Shown here piece after piece: positions 49,183 through 61,410 of a stretch of 64,000 nt of DNA; the first letter of the stretch is position 1; every line of letters begins with the position of its first letter. This DNA comes from Octopus bimaculoides. Lineage: Eukaryota. The position numbers and the translations under genes were made by a program. The stretch spans positions 56,072,139 to 56,136,138 of the forward strand of contig NC_068984.1 in the NCBI RefSeq assembly GCF_001194135.2, given 5' to 3'. The notes beneath the pieces are model-generated. The model was not told the DNA's origin. It did not search any database and worked only from the letters and a program-made list of their open reading frames with translations.

Positions 49183-51107
49183 CAAGGAGGAGAAGGAGAT
49201 ACGAGAAAGATAATCTTCTACTATAATAATACTCTTGTGTTTTTCTCTGTCACAACATATGAATGAGAAAGGAAAGGATGATAGATGAATAAGGAAGAAG
49301 GGGTGATGGCAAACTGGTAGTGGGAGCGTTTCAACTTTGTATGAGTATATGTGTGTGTATGTAAAAGGGAGGTATGTGAATATTTGTGTGTGTGTGTATT
49401 GCAAACTTTCGTTCTTGAATTTTTTTTAACTAATAATTGTTTGTTTTAAACAATGTTTTGGCTGTTATTTCTAGCAACTCCTGTTGGTTTGTTTGCTTGT
49501 AGCTTTTAAGTATTTAATTCGCTCACAAATGTTTTAATGTTAACTTCATTCGTGTGTATATCTTAATGTTTTGATTGATTATCAATGTTTTGACATGCTG
49601 ATACCCACCCCACCTTCGATGATGGAAGAGGCAGTGAATGCACTGTTTTCTGATTGGTTGAAAATTCTGAAAATTATAAAACTTTGAACACCTGTAACAT
49701 TTTTGCAAAATTTTTCTGGAATAAATGAATAACAAATTCAGATTCAGCATCAAAAATTACATCTGTATGATACATTAAAAAAAATTCTTTAAAGATAATT
49801 GTCAACAGTGATGAAAACCACAAAGATGTGGAAGCTTTGGATGATAAGGTTCAAGAAGTAATTGCTTGCTTTTATTAAAGATAAGATCATTCTTTACAAT
49901 ATTAAAGAAGTGGGTGTAACGTAACTGAAACCAACAAGTAAAACAAAGAGGGTATGAGATAGAAGAATTAACTGTGAACTAAGACAGAAATTTACAACAT
50001 TGATTTTAAAATAGAAAAATAAATAGTTGTATAAGGATGAAAAAAGAAAGAAAAAAATATATGTTGTGATTGATAAGAATAGTTGTTTAAAGAGGAATAT
50101 TTAGATATTTTTTCATGATAAATGTAAAACATATAATAATGGCTATTTGCAAGTTTAGATTTTACCTTAACAATGTTACTTAATGGTGATACAGATCTTA
50201 AAGCAGCTGCTACAAGTTTATTTTGGATTTAGAACCCTTAGTGTATTGAAAACCAATCAGGCTGCTCTCATTTTGTTTGTTGCAACTATTTTTGCTGTTT
50301 TGAATTGGGTAGCTCTGTATACTATACTAATCCCAAATTTATCCAAAACAGCTGTCTCTTCTTTCCATCACATGTACAGTATCTCATCCTAACTTATACC
50401 CCCTCCTCTTCCTCGTCTTTCTTCTGCTTTCATCTTTCGTCTTTGGCTTCCTCTGTAATTACCCTTTCATCGGTATTTTACCCTCCAGTCACTAATTAAA
50501 TTCAAACTGTAGTAAAATGTAAACGACAGAAGAATCACCAAATTAGTTCTGAAGTTCTTGGAAGGACAAGGGAAAGGTTAAAACAGGTTAGAACACCCTA
50601 AGCACTACTTTTCTTCTGTTTTTCTGCAAGCAAACTAATCATGTTAACATTTGTACTAAATATTAAAACCACCACAACTTACATAGCTATCCTTTTTGTC
50701 CAGGTCTATCAATCTGAACTAATGATGGAAGCCTACATGTAGTTGCTTGGCCTGCTAAAAATAGCAGGCAAATCTCCATCAAATCACACCCTACCATCTT
50801 TGAAAAAGAATGCCATTTGATAATGTAGACAGAAACACATTCTGGAGGGAAAAAATGTGTGGATACCCAAGACTTGAATACTTTTTGATCATAGGTATAA
50901 TCATTCAGATGTGTCCTTTGCAAAATATGAAGCACAACACAATGCAATAGTTTGTGTATTAGTCAAGACAGTTTCATGTCATTCACTTCTGATGTCTTTT
51001 TATAGTCTTACTTAAGGAAGAGGACAGACACTGTTTTTTTTTTATTTTGGGCTGCCCACCACAACAGAATTGAGATTCTAAAACCAAGTTGCTGCATAAA
51101 AAAACAT

Positions 51108-51309
51108 TGGTGTGGGTGCTGCTGCTATGTAAAAAGCACCCAATACACTCTGTGGAGTGGTTGGCATAAGGAAGGGCATCCAGCCATAGAAACCAAGCCA
51201 AAACAGACTATGGAACCTGGTGCAGACCCTGGCCTTACTAGTTCTTGTCAAGCTGTCCAATCCATGCCAGCATGGAAAGCAGACATTAAATGTTGATGAT
51301 GATGATGAT
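51108..51309 (+). mobile_element. Degenerate family D copy
   Basis: GTAAAAAGCACCCAATACACTCTGTGGAGTGGTTGGCATAAGGAAGGGCATCCAGCC...(GAT)n. Confidence 0.8.
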
Positions 51310-51694
51310 TAAAGAAAATAGCTAATTTTAAAAAATAGTCAGTAATTTAGGACTTAGTCAGATAACATAATGTAAGTAGGTATGTAGGCAGGTAGGCAGG
51401 CAGGTGAGTGGATAGGTAGGTAGGTTGGTAGGCTGGTGGGTGGAAGGATAGATACATAGGTGAGTGGGTGGGTAGAAGAATAAATACCCAGATTTGGATG
51501 GAAGGATAGATCTATTTAACATTTATCTTGCAATCCATCCATCCATCGACTTCAGAATCTAAGAAGTTTTTAAGTTCACATTTATAAATTGATATGAGTA
51601 ATATTGTTCCTATTTGAACTCAGAACATAAAGAGCTGGATGAATTGCCATTAAGCATTTTCTTTTTCAACATACTAACAATTTTGCCTTCTCAG

Positions 51695-51738
<44 letters not shown>

Positions 51739-51902
51739 TCTTTCTAATTTTACATAGGCATAAGGCCATGCATTTTGAGAGGGTTATAGTGATTTAAATC
51801 AACTCTAGAACTTGATTGCTATAAGAGTAGTCACTCTCAGAGAAATTAGCACTCAGAACACAACATGTCATCCACCAAATTACCAGTTCTGTTCTTAATC
51901 TT

Positions 51903-52103
51903 CTATCTTCTACTTGTTTCAGTCATTTGACTACAGCCAAGATGGAGCAATGCCTTGAAGGGTTTTAATTAAACAAATTGACCCCAGGACTTATTTTTAT
52001 AAGCCTACTACTTATTCTATTTGTCTCTTTTGCCAAACCACTAAGTTATGGGGATGTAAACACACCAACACCTGTTGTGAAGTGGTGGCAGGGGACAAAC
52101 AAA

Positions 52104-52156
<53 letters not shown>

Positions 52157-52308
52157 GATCAGCTTCTTTCAGTTTCCATCTACCAAATCCACTCACAAGG
52201 TTTTGGTCGGCCCAAGGCTATAGTGGAAGACACTTGCCCAAGGTGCCACTGAATCTGGAACCATGTGGTTGGAAAGCAATCTTCTTACCTCAGAGCCATG
52301 CCTGTGCC
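51903..52308 (-). mobile_element. SINE family B
   Basis: Reverse complement of the family B consensus with central (CA)n. Confidence 0.8.
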
Positions 52309-52319
52309 TACAACCCTTT

Positions 52320-52344
52320 CTAGTAGTAGTAGTAGTAGTAGTAA

Positions 52345-52385
<41 letters not shown>

Positions 52386-52386
52386 A

Positions 52387-52427
<41 letters not shown>
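52320..52427. repeat. (AGT)n microsatellite
   Basis: Seen directly; explains the poly-Ser ORF. Confidence 0.95.
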
Positions 52428-52429
<2 letters not shown>

Positions 52430-53086
52430 TTCTTAGTGCATGCCTTATTTCTTTTCTGTAAAATCTACTTGGTATTTCTTACCACTTACTCTTCTCTTGT
52501 TTCAAATATCATAAGTTCTTATATACATCATGATCATCATAAAATTGAAACCTTCTGTCAAGATGTATTGCAATTTATATACATACCTATATACACGCAC
52601 GCACACACACACACACATGCACACACACACACACACTCACTCACTCACACTCACACACATGTATATCATTTAAATTTTCAAATGTAATATTGAGTTATAA
52701 TTTCTCTTGTTCAAAACTTTTGCATTTTATGTCTCAAGACTTTTCTTATCCATTGACTCTGGAGTTGGTTTTTGTCTATAATATCAAATATACATTTTGA
52801 ACTATTAATCTAAAAATGGATTTTTGCTCTTAGCAGTGTATTTATTCTCTGAAGGAAAATAAAAGTAAAAGTAATGTCGAAGCTAACAAACCAAATAAAA
52901 CAATGATATATTAGTGTTTGAATGGCAAACATAAAGCTATAAAACTCTCTTGTAACTACTATTTGCTTGGTTTACTTTGAAGCTTTTTAAATATAGGAAT
53001 TGCTTTCACATTTTGAATTTCTCTAATTCTTGACAGATTCAAGTATGAAAGAGAGATCGTTGGTTTACCAATCTTAAAGTCCTTTG

Positions 53087-53265
53087 TTTAACCTTCTAGC
53101 ATTCAAACCGGCCACATCCGCCAAAATGTTCTATTTGTTTCATTAATTGTTTTATGTTCAAACTTACCCTACAATGTCACACTAAAAGTAAACAATCCCA
53201 TAATGCATGATTAATTTAAAACAATGTGAATAAATAAGCATTACATTTGATAAACTGATTGGAAA
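53087..53265. mobile_element. Degenerate TTAA-ended MITE
   Basis: TTAACCTTCTAGCATTCAAACCGGCC...AATGTGAATAAATAAGCATTACATTTG. Confidence 0.6.
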
Positions 53266-53480
53266 ACTATAATAAAGAGAGGGATAGGGTTGAAAACTGA
53301 GCTCTGGTGTATTCTTACCTGAGCAGTTAATTCATCACTTAACTCATTGCTAACACTCCACCCTTTTGATGGCATCTTTATACATAGTTTATATACCTCT
53401 TATAAGGCATGCACTTACATGCATTTCTTACTGATCACCAGACCACAGAGTGATATTCTGTCAAAGGCTTTCTTGAATCG

Positions 53481-53727
53481 TCATCATCATTTAACATCTG
53501 TTTTCCATGCTGGCATGGGTTGGATAATTTGACAGGAACTGGCAAGGTAGAAGACTACACCAAACTATTATGTCTGTTTTGGCATGGTTTTTACGGCTGG
53601 ACGCCCTTCCTAACACCAACCACTGTGCGGAGTGGACTGAGTGCTTTTTACGTGGCACCAGCACAGACGAGGTCGGTTTTGGTGTGGTTTTTACAGCTGG
53701 ATGCCCTTCCAAATGCCAACCACTTCA
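53481..53727 (-). mobile_element. Family D-like copy with duplicated GGATGCCCTTCC module
   Basis: Module present at ~53590-53625 and ~53690-53725. Confidence 0.7.
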
Positions 53728-54821
53728 TAGCATGCATGTATGGAAAACATACATTTATACACACCTATGAATACATCTGAAAGAGTTAGCTATTAACACA
53801 AATTGCTTTTATGAGTACGTCTGAAAGAGTTTATGCATTAATGGACTAGTTCCTTCTATGAATATATGTTTGAATATGGTTAACCATTTACAAACTCTTT
53901 CTATACACTACTATATTGAAATTGTTGCAAATTGCTCGTTACAGCCTTGACAAAAATGGAAAGAGAAGTGTTTCAGTTATAGCTGTGTTTTTATAAAGCA
54001 AACTGAGATAATATTAGCTGGAGTTTATTATTAAGTTGGTTAGGTTGATTTGGTAGTACAAAGTGGTCTATTATTTTATTAGCATTTCATTTCATACATG
54101 TTCTAATTCTCTCATTAGTGTGATTGATAATTATAGATGTCATTGATATTAAATCTGTAAGTGGGCACATAACTATTTATGTGCATTTGTGCATGCATGC
54201 ATGCATTAATCAATATACATGAAATGCCATATCTGTCTGATTCTATGTTTATGTGCAACACATCTAGTACTGACCCTGCCTCAAGTATATGTCAAGTGGT
54301 GCATAACAGTATTGTCCATATCAATGGGATATAATTCGTTTGTTAGTTTTTCAAATATCTAATCCTTTGGTACCCATTCAGTTCCAAACATTAGGGTCAG
54401 CTGTCTGGATTAGGAATAACTTTCACACTTTCTCCCATCGGTTTTGGAGGCCATCCAAATGATCATAGCTACTCTCTTTACTCTTCTAATTAAGCTATAT
54501 TTTAAAAAATATGCATTTTATTTATGAATCTGACTAAACAGGACAAATAAATGATTAAAATAAATTAAAATCAAAATTCAAGCAGAAAAACATAACTTTC
54601 AGTATAAATGATAACATTTAATTTTTTTTTTCTTTTTATGTCACTGCAACAATCTAAGTTTCATACATTCATTCATAAATATATATGTATCTAATGTTAC
54701 GAAGATTATCCATCCACATCACTGATAGGAGTGGAGTGTGGATTTGATTGACTATGCTAATACCTTTTAGTAATGCATTGTGCCTTTTGATACACTTTTT
54801 GAATTATATATCTCCCCCCCC

Positions 54822-54888
<67 letters not shown>

Positions 54889-54912
54889 CTATAAATGAGT
54901 AACAAAGATGTT

Positions 54913-55065
54913 CAGCTCTATATTTAAGAGACGAGGAATTATGGACATTATTTACATTTGACGGATATTTGTCCTCATCTTGTTTGTTGTTAACACAACG
55001 TTTCAGTTGATATACGTCAAATGTAAATAATGTACATAATTCCTCATCTCTTAAATATAGAACTG
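54913..55065. mobile_element. Inverted pair of Penelope-like tails (family E tail)
   Basis: 51-bp arms 54913-54963 / 55015-55065 (48/51); spacer is the reverse complement of the E tail including GAAACGTTGTGTT. Confidence 0.8.
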
Positions 55066-55901
55066 TAAATCATCAGTAGTTAACAAACATATATTTTTGT
55101 TATGCAACTAAACTTTGAGTATTATTTTTTTCTTGCATTGAAATGTTTTTTTTTTATCTTCTTTTTTCTGAAAGAAATATAATTTAGACTTAAATGACTG
55201 TCAGTATAACAACTATGCATTATTGAAGAGTGATATCTATCAACTGGTGATCAATCTTATTGACATAAAAGTCAAGAAAATAGTGTGTAACTGTGTGAAA
55301 ATAAAATGACCACAACTAGATATAGATCACAAGTTTCAGTCAGGGAGCTTATCAATAATTACTAGTTGTTGATTGGTTGCAGGTCATTCCTGATCATTCA
55401 CACCTATGATCAAAGGCATTCTGGCCATGATTACCCTGTATTTTCCTCAGACACCATTCATCTAGTATTACATTCTCCATTTTTTGAAGGTGATAGGAAT
55501 GACATAAGAAAGATTTTGCTACTGTTTCTATCAGGCAGAGCAAGCATGAAGAGGCTCTCTCTCATTGGCTTAAGACAAATCTAGTTTATTGTATCTGACT
55601 ATCACAAATATTGTACAAATGCCTAGAGAAAATCAATTACTTTTCCATAATTAAAATTTCATCAATGTATTTGGATGTAACCAAATAAGGAGCATATTAT
55701 AAGTAGAGCTACACTGTACGACAGAACATATCTGGAGATTTTTAGCCTACAACTGTTATGCAGAGACAAATCTAAACAACTTTTTTTGGTCTCTACATAT
55801 ACAACTGGTTAAAAATCTATAGGCATATTCTGCAGTACAGTAAAGCATTGTAACAAAACATTGTTAATGCACCAGTAATTTATAAGTAGGGCATCGTAAC
55901 A

Positions 55902-56620
55902 AAAAAGAAAAAAATAATAATAAATCCACCAATCAGTATATAGTAATTAAATATATTCCACTTGGTAACATATTGTAAGAAAAGTAGAATACTGTGAGAA
56001 AATTTGCGCACTGCATCATATCAGGTAAGAAAGGTATCAAAATACATTTGGATAAAAGCGACAAAAGATATATGATAATGAAATCTACTTTAAAGTAATT
56101 AGATATATACCACTGAGTAACATATTGTCAGAAAATTAGAATATTGTGAGAAAAAATGNNNNNNNNNNAAAAAGAAAAAAATAATAATAAATCCACCAAT
56201 CAGTATATAGTAATTAAATATATTCCACTTGGTAACATATTGTAAGAAAAGTAGAATACTGTGAGAAAATTTGCGCACTGCATCATATCAGGTAAGAAAG
56301 GTATCAAAATACATTTGGATAAAAGCGACAAAAGATATATGATAATGAAATCTACTTTAAAGTAATTAGATATATACCACTGAGTAACATATTGTCAGAA
56401 AATTAGAATATTGTGAGAAAAAATGTTGCATTAAGTTGTATGTAGTTAGAAATGGCATATGTAAATATTTTCACTGAAAAGCGTGTGAAAATATTGTTTA
56501 TGGTAATGAAGTCTGTTCAAGTTGAGTAATTGAATGTATTCCCTAAGGTAAACTTTTGGAAGAAAAGTAAAATATTGTGAAAAACATATTGTATTAAGTT
56601 GTAGATGGTAAGAAAAGATG
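55902..56620. repeat. Diverged ~152-164-bp tandem repeat; 257-bp exact duplication across a 10-N gap
   Basis: 55902-56158 equals 56169-56425; GTAATT-anchored units at 56210, 56362 and 56526. Confidence 0.75.
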
Positions 56621-56636
56621 TTTCTTCAACTCATAA

Positions 56637-56897
56637 TATGCCCGTGGGCCCACAGGCACAAAGTGTAGTGGTTAGCGCGGGCTACAAACCACAAGATTCC
56701 GAGTTCAATTCCAGGCTATGACCTTAATAATAATAATAATAATAACATTGAAAAAATACCTTAAGAATGAGAACCCAGTTTCGAAATTTCCCCAAAATAC
56801 CTGATGGAGGCTGGAGGGTATATCAGCCGAAACATTGTGTTAACAACAAACAAGATGAGGACAAATATCCGTCAAATGTAAATGATGTAAAGATGTA
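56637..56897 (+). mobile_element. Second family E element (tRNA head, (AAT)n, hammerhead tail)
   Basis: Same architecture as 5765-6050; begins with short palindrome TGCCCGTGGGCCCACAGGCA. Confidence 0.8.
56796..56841 (+). ncRNA. Degenerate hammerhead motif (probably inactive)
   Basis: Stem I AATAC/GTGTT and stem II intact; core CTGATGG (A to G); GAAAC-ATT. Confidence 0.55.
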
Positions 56898-57227
56898 CAG
56901 GTGTCATTGTTACTCATATTTTATTCACCTCACCTGGAATCTGCACTTTGGAAATACTATGAAAGTACCTTTATAAAAAGTACAGGTCTGAATTAGCAAG
57001 AGCGGATATCTTCACTTAGCTGGGTTGCGCTGTCTGCACACACAGCAGGAATATCAGGTACAAACACCCCTGCACAGAGTGTTGATTTTCAATATTCAAT
57101 TAATATTGTTTGGATGTGTGGATTATACCAACCTAGCAAGGTGCCTCAATTTGAATACCTAATTCAACAGAATCTTAATGATAGATACATGGATGAATGG
57201 ATTGCAAATAAGTTTAGATGAGTAGGA

Positions 57228-57404
57228 GGCATAGGAGTGGCTGTGTGGTAAGTAGCTTGCTTACGAACCACATGGTTCCGGGTTCAGTCCCACTGCATGG
57301 CACCTTGGGCAAGTGTCTTCTACTATAGCCTCGGGCCGACCAAAGCCTTGTGAGTGGATTTGGTAGACGGAAACTGAAAGAAGCCCATCGTATATATGTA
57401 TATA

Positions 57405-57463
<59 letters not shown>

Positions 57464-57676
57464 TTGTGTGTCTGTGTTTGTCCCCCAACATCGCTTGACA
57501 ACCGATGCTGGTGTGTTTACGTCCCCGTAACTTAGCGGTTCGGCAAAAGAGACCGATAGAATAAGTACTAGGCTTCCAAAGAATAAGTCCTGGGGTCGAT
57601 TCACTCGACTAAAGGCGGTGTTCCAGCATGGCCACAGTCAAAATGACTGAAACAAGTAAAAGAGAGAGTAAAGAGA
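57228..57676 (+). mobile_element. Full-length tRNA-derived SINE family B with CORE-like motif
   Basis: TGGCTGTGTGG A box, GGGTTCAGTCC B box, CACCTTGGGCAAGTG CORE-like motif, central microsatellite, tail ending GACTGAAACAAGTAAAAGAG. Confidence 0.92.
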
Positions 57677-58012
57677 TTAAAAAGAGTGTATTTAATAAAC
57701 ACACATTTAATCTCGCTGTGGAAACAGCCCCCTCCCACGCACTCATAATCAAATCACAGCCTCCACTCTTATCTAGTCTGCAGAGAGAGCTCTAAATGTA
57801 GTAACTTTAAATGCATGCTTATTAGATATACACATAAGTTTATTTACAACTTATCCTCAATACATTATCACAGTACTTCTGTTAATTTAATACGCATCAA
57901 AAATTAATGTGCTAATCCTACACTCTTTCTTTCTTCTGTTTCCTCTCTCCTTCTCTCTCTCCCCCACTCCCATCTCTCTCCTCTCTCTCCCCACTCCCAT
58001 CTATCTCTTTCT

Positions 58013-58056
<44 letters not shown>

Positions 58057-58185
58057 GATGAAGTAAACACTTCTGCCAAAGCAAGGAAGCCTTATGAAGT
58101 TATTCTTTAGTTTGCAGAGATAGCTCTATGGTTTAACTACTGCTTACACAGTGAGGTTAAATGTATGCCTATTGAACATACACCT

Positions 58186-58672
58186 CATCATCATCATCGT
58201 TTTAACGTCCACTTTTCCATGTTAGCATGAGTCAGATGGAAGTTTGATAAGGCAGCAGATTTTCTATAGTCAAATGCCTTTTCCGTCACCAACCCTCACC
58301 TGTTTCCAAGTGTAAGGACATATTTCCCCATACCTAGACATAGTCTCACAGAAGAATGGAAACAAACAACACTGAATGCATGACAGAGATATTCATTTAC
58401 AATGATTATGCAATGTCAAAGCAAGAAGACAGTAACACATACACACACATATGTGCATACAAACATCATATGCACACAGACACACACATGTGCTCATTAT
58501 ATCCAATGAACTCCTGTCAGTTTCCATCTACCAGATCCACTTACAAGGCCGTGGTCAGTCTGGGGCTTTAGCAGAAGACACTTGCTCAAGTTACTATGCA
58601 GTGGGATCAAACTCAGGACCATGTGGTTGGGAAGTAAACTTCTTGCCACACACCCACGTGTGCACCTATGAC
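58186..58672 (-). mobile_element. Family B head joined to RTE-type D2 tail
   Basis: B head at ~58510-58672, microsatellite linker, D2 tail with (CAT)n at 58186. Confidence 0.65.
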
Positions 58673-59004
58673 TAAAAAAATAGCTCTATTACAATATATC
58701 CATTTACGTATTGCTTTAGTATTTCAGTTAATTGGTGTGTGTGTGTGTGATAAATGAAAGTGGTCCAAGAATCTAGGTGGTTACTTCAATTAAAACTCCT
58801 GGTAATACTGGCTAACGGAATGTATAGTGACGAAATCAATATATAACCAATGTTACATAATCATTGCTCATATTCATGATTTATTACCCATATGTTGTTG
58901 AAACAGCTACAGCCTAGGAATAGTTGTGATACCGGTACCTCCATTCTTCACCAGACCGACCAAAGCCTTGTGAGTGGATTCGGTAGACAGAAACTGAAAG
59001 AAGC

Positions 59005-59229
59005 GAGCTGGCAGAAACGTCAGCACACCGGGCGAAATGCTTAGCGGTATTTCGTCTGCCGTTACGTTCTGAGTTCAAATTCCGCTGTGGTCAACTTTGC
59101 CTTTCATCCTTGCGGGGTTGATAAATTAAGTACCAGTTATGCACTGGGGTCGATGTAATCGACTTAGTCCCTTTGTCTGTCCTTGTTTGTCCCCTCTATG
59201 TTTAGCCCCTTGTGGGCAATAAAGAAATA
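59005..59229 (+). mobile_element. Young SINE family C with 16-bp TSD, nested in a family B fragment
   Basis: AGAAACTGAAAGAAGC at 58989-59004 and 59230-59245; CpGs retained; B box GAGTTCAAATTCC. Confidence 0.92.
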
Positions 59230-59273
59230 AGAAACTGAAAGAAGCTTGTTGTGTGTGTGTATATATATATATT

Positions 59274-59800
59274 CTTTTATTCTTTTACTTGTTTCAGTCA
59301 TTTGACTGCAGCCATGCTGGGGCACTGCCTTTTAGTCAATCAAATCAACCCTAGGACTTATTCTTTGTAAGCCTAGTACTTATTCTATCGTCTTCTTTTG
59401 CCAAAGCACTAAGTTACAAGGATGTAAACACACCAACATCAGTTGTCAAGCGATGGTGGGGAGACAAACACAGACACACAAATAGAAATATATATGATGG
59501 CTTCTTTCAGTTTCCATCTACCAAATCCACTCAATATATATCATCATCATCATTTAACATCCGTTAAGTTACAGAGACATAAACACACCAACACCAGTTA
59601 TCAAGCAGTGATGGGGACAAATGCACACACACACACATATATATGCATAACATACTTCTTGCAGTCTCCATCTACCAAATCCACTCACAAGGATTTGATC
59701 AGCCTAAGCATTAGTAGAAGACACTTTCCCAAGGTGTCACACAGTGAGACTAAACCCAGAAATATGTGGTTGGGAACCAAGCTTCTCACCACACAACTAC
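59274..59800 (-). mobile_element. Family B copies (composite, partly duplicated)
   Basis: Reverse complement of the B tail, then a repeated ACACCAACA.CAGTT.TCAAGC module, then the B head. Confidence 0.7.
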
Positions 59801-61004
59801 ACCTGTATCTATACATATTAAATGTAAAAGAATTGACTGGGTACAACATAAACATCACAACAGTGAAACTAAGTCATAAGTTCAGTCCAGCAAGAGCTTT
59901 CAATTCCAGATTTTTATTTGATTTAAATATTGACAAACTAAACAATTTGCGAAATAAAGAAAAAATTTCAAGTTAACACATTAATCTGTTTATGTTCGTT
60001 AACATTATTTTGTTCCTCAAGTTGTCTTTTATCTAAAATACCGCAATATCTCGGATAAGTTGCATTCATTGTTTTTCCTGTCGTTATATTGAAGAAATTC
60101 ATATGTATTTCAAATATCAATAGAAGATAAACACAATTATGTGGAGCAAAGCCAAAATTTTAAAATTTTATTTTCTTGCTTGTTTGTTTTCTAACCTATA
60201 GACAAAAATAAGCCAACTTAGAAAGAAAGCTAAATATGATTATGCTGGACTAAAGATGATAGGGTAATAATAGGTTGGACAACGAACATCAAATTCATTC
60301 TTTATAAACAAAGCAATAAATCTTAATGTTATTGTAAATTTCTGGTGAAGAGAAACCCTTAATTATAAGGTAAATAAACATACATATGTACATTCACGTA
60401 TACATGTAAACATACTCACAATCACATGTACATGTATATGTTTATACAATTGAATGTATATGTAGTATACTTATAAACATGTTTGTATACTATGTTTATG
60501 TTTCTATGTATATATGTATGTGTGAGTATAGATGTGTGTATGTGTGTGCGTATGTGTACATATATATATGTTGGTGTGTCTGTACACATGTTATATATCA
60601 TCATCATCATCTTCATCATTACCATAGCCTTTTAATGTCCATCTTCCTTGCTAGCATGGAGTGGATGAGTTGACAAGATCTGACAGGTTTGAGGACAACG
60701 TCATACTTTAGTGTCTGCTTTATCATAGTTCCTAAGGATGGAAAACCTTTGTAATACCAACTTTACAGTGTACTGTTTGCATGTGTGTGTGTGTGTATTT
60801 CTTTCCCTCTGCTTGTATAGGCTGAAGGGGCACTTATTTGAGACAACATTTTTATGGCTGGATGCTCATCCTGTCACAGACCCTTTCCTTGACTAACAGA
60901 TCAGATCACAGAGCTATGGAATGCATGACAAAAGTTTATCACTCAGACAATCTCATGTGAGAAGCAGTGATTTCAACATTCATGCACAAGCACACATACA
61001 TGCC

Positions 61005-61410
61005 ATCATCATTTCAACATCTACTTTTCTATGATCATATGGATCAGATGATTTTGTCTATGTTCTTCCTGTTGCCAAACCTAATTTGTTTCAAAGTAAG
61101 GTCATATTTCCCCATGACTAAACATATTTTAACAGAATTGAAATGATGGACACCACTTGTACGATGCTGATGTTTATTCACAGTTATCATGGCAGTGTCA
61201 AGACAAGGGGACACTAAAACACACCAACCTATGCATACAAAAATATACAAATACATGTACAAAAACATACATATACAAATATACATGCAAATACATACCT
61301 ACACACATACAAATACATACATATATACGATGGGCTTCCTTCAGTTTCTGTCTACCAAATCTATTCACAAGGTTTTGGCTGGCCCAAGGGCAATAGTGGA
61401 AGATGCATAT
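61005..61410 (-). mobile_element. Degenerate family B head + D2 tail
   Basis: ATACGATGGGCTTCCTTCAGTTTCTGTCTACCAAATC (B) preceded by D2-like sequence. Confidence 0.55.

Noticed and set aside
49795-49857. Plus-strand exon-like segment IIVNSDENHKDVEALDDKVQE (AG…GT)
   Set aside because: Weak splice sites, and a purine tract + TGTAAC at ~49905-49920 suggests it may be the end of another decayed LTR element
55902-56425. 257-bp perfect direct repeat
   Set aside because: Flanks a 10-N gap exactly, typical of overlapping contig ends; the same pattern is seen at 23037-23046
59443-59976. 177-aa ORF in the track
   Set aside because: Mostly a translation of family B SINE copies and microsatellite
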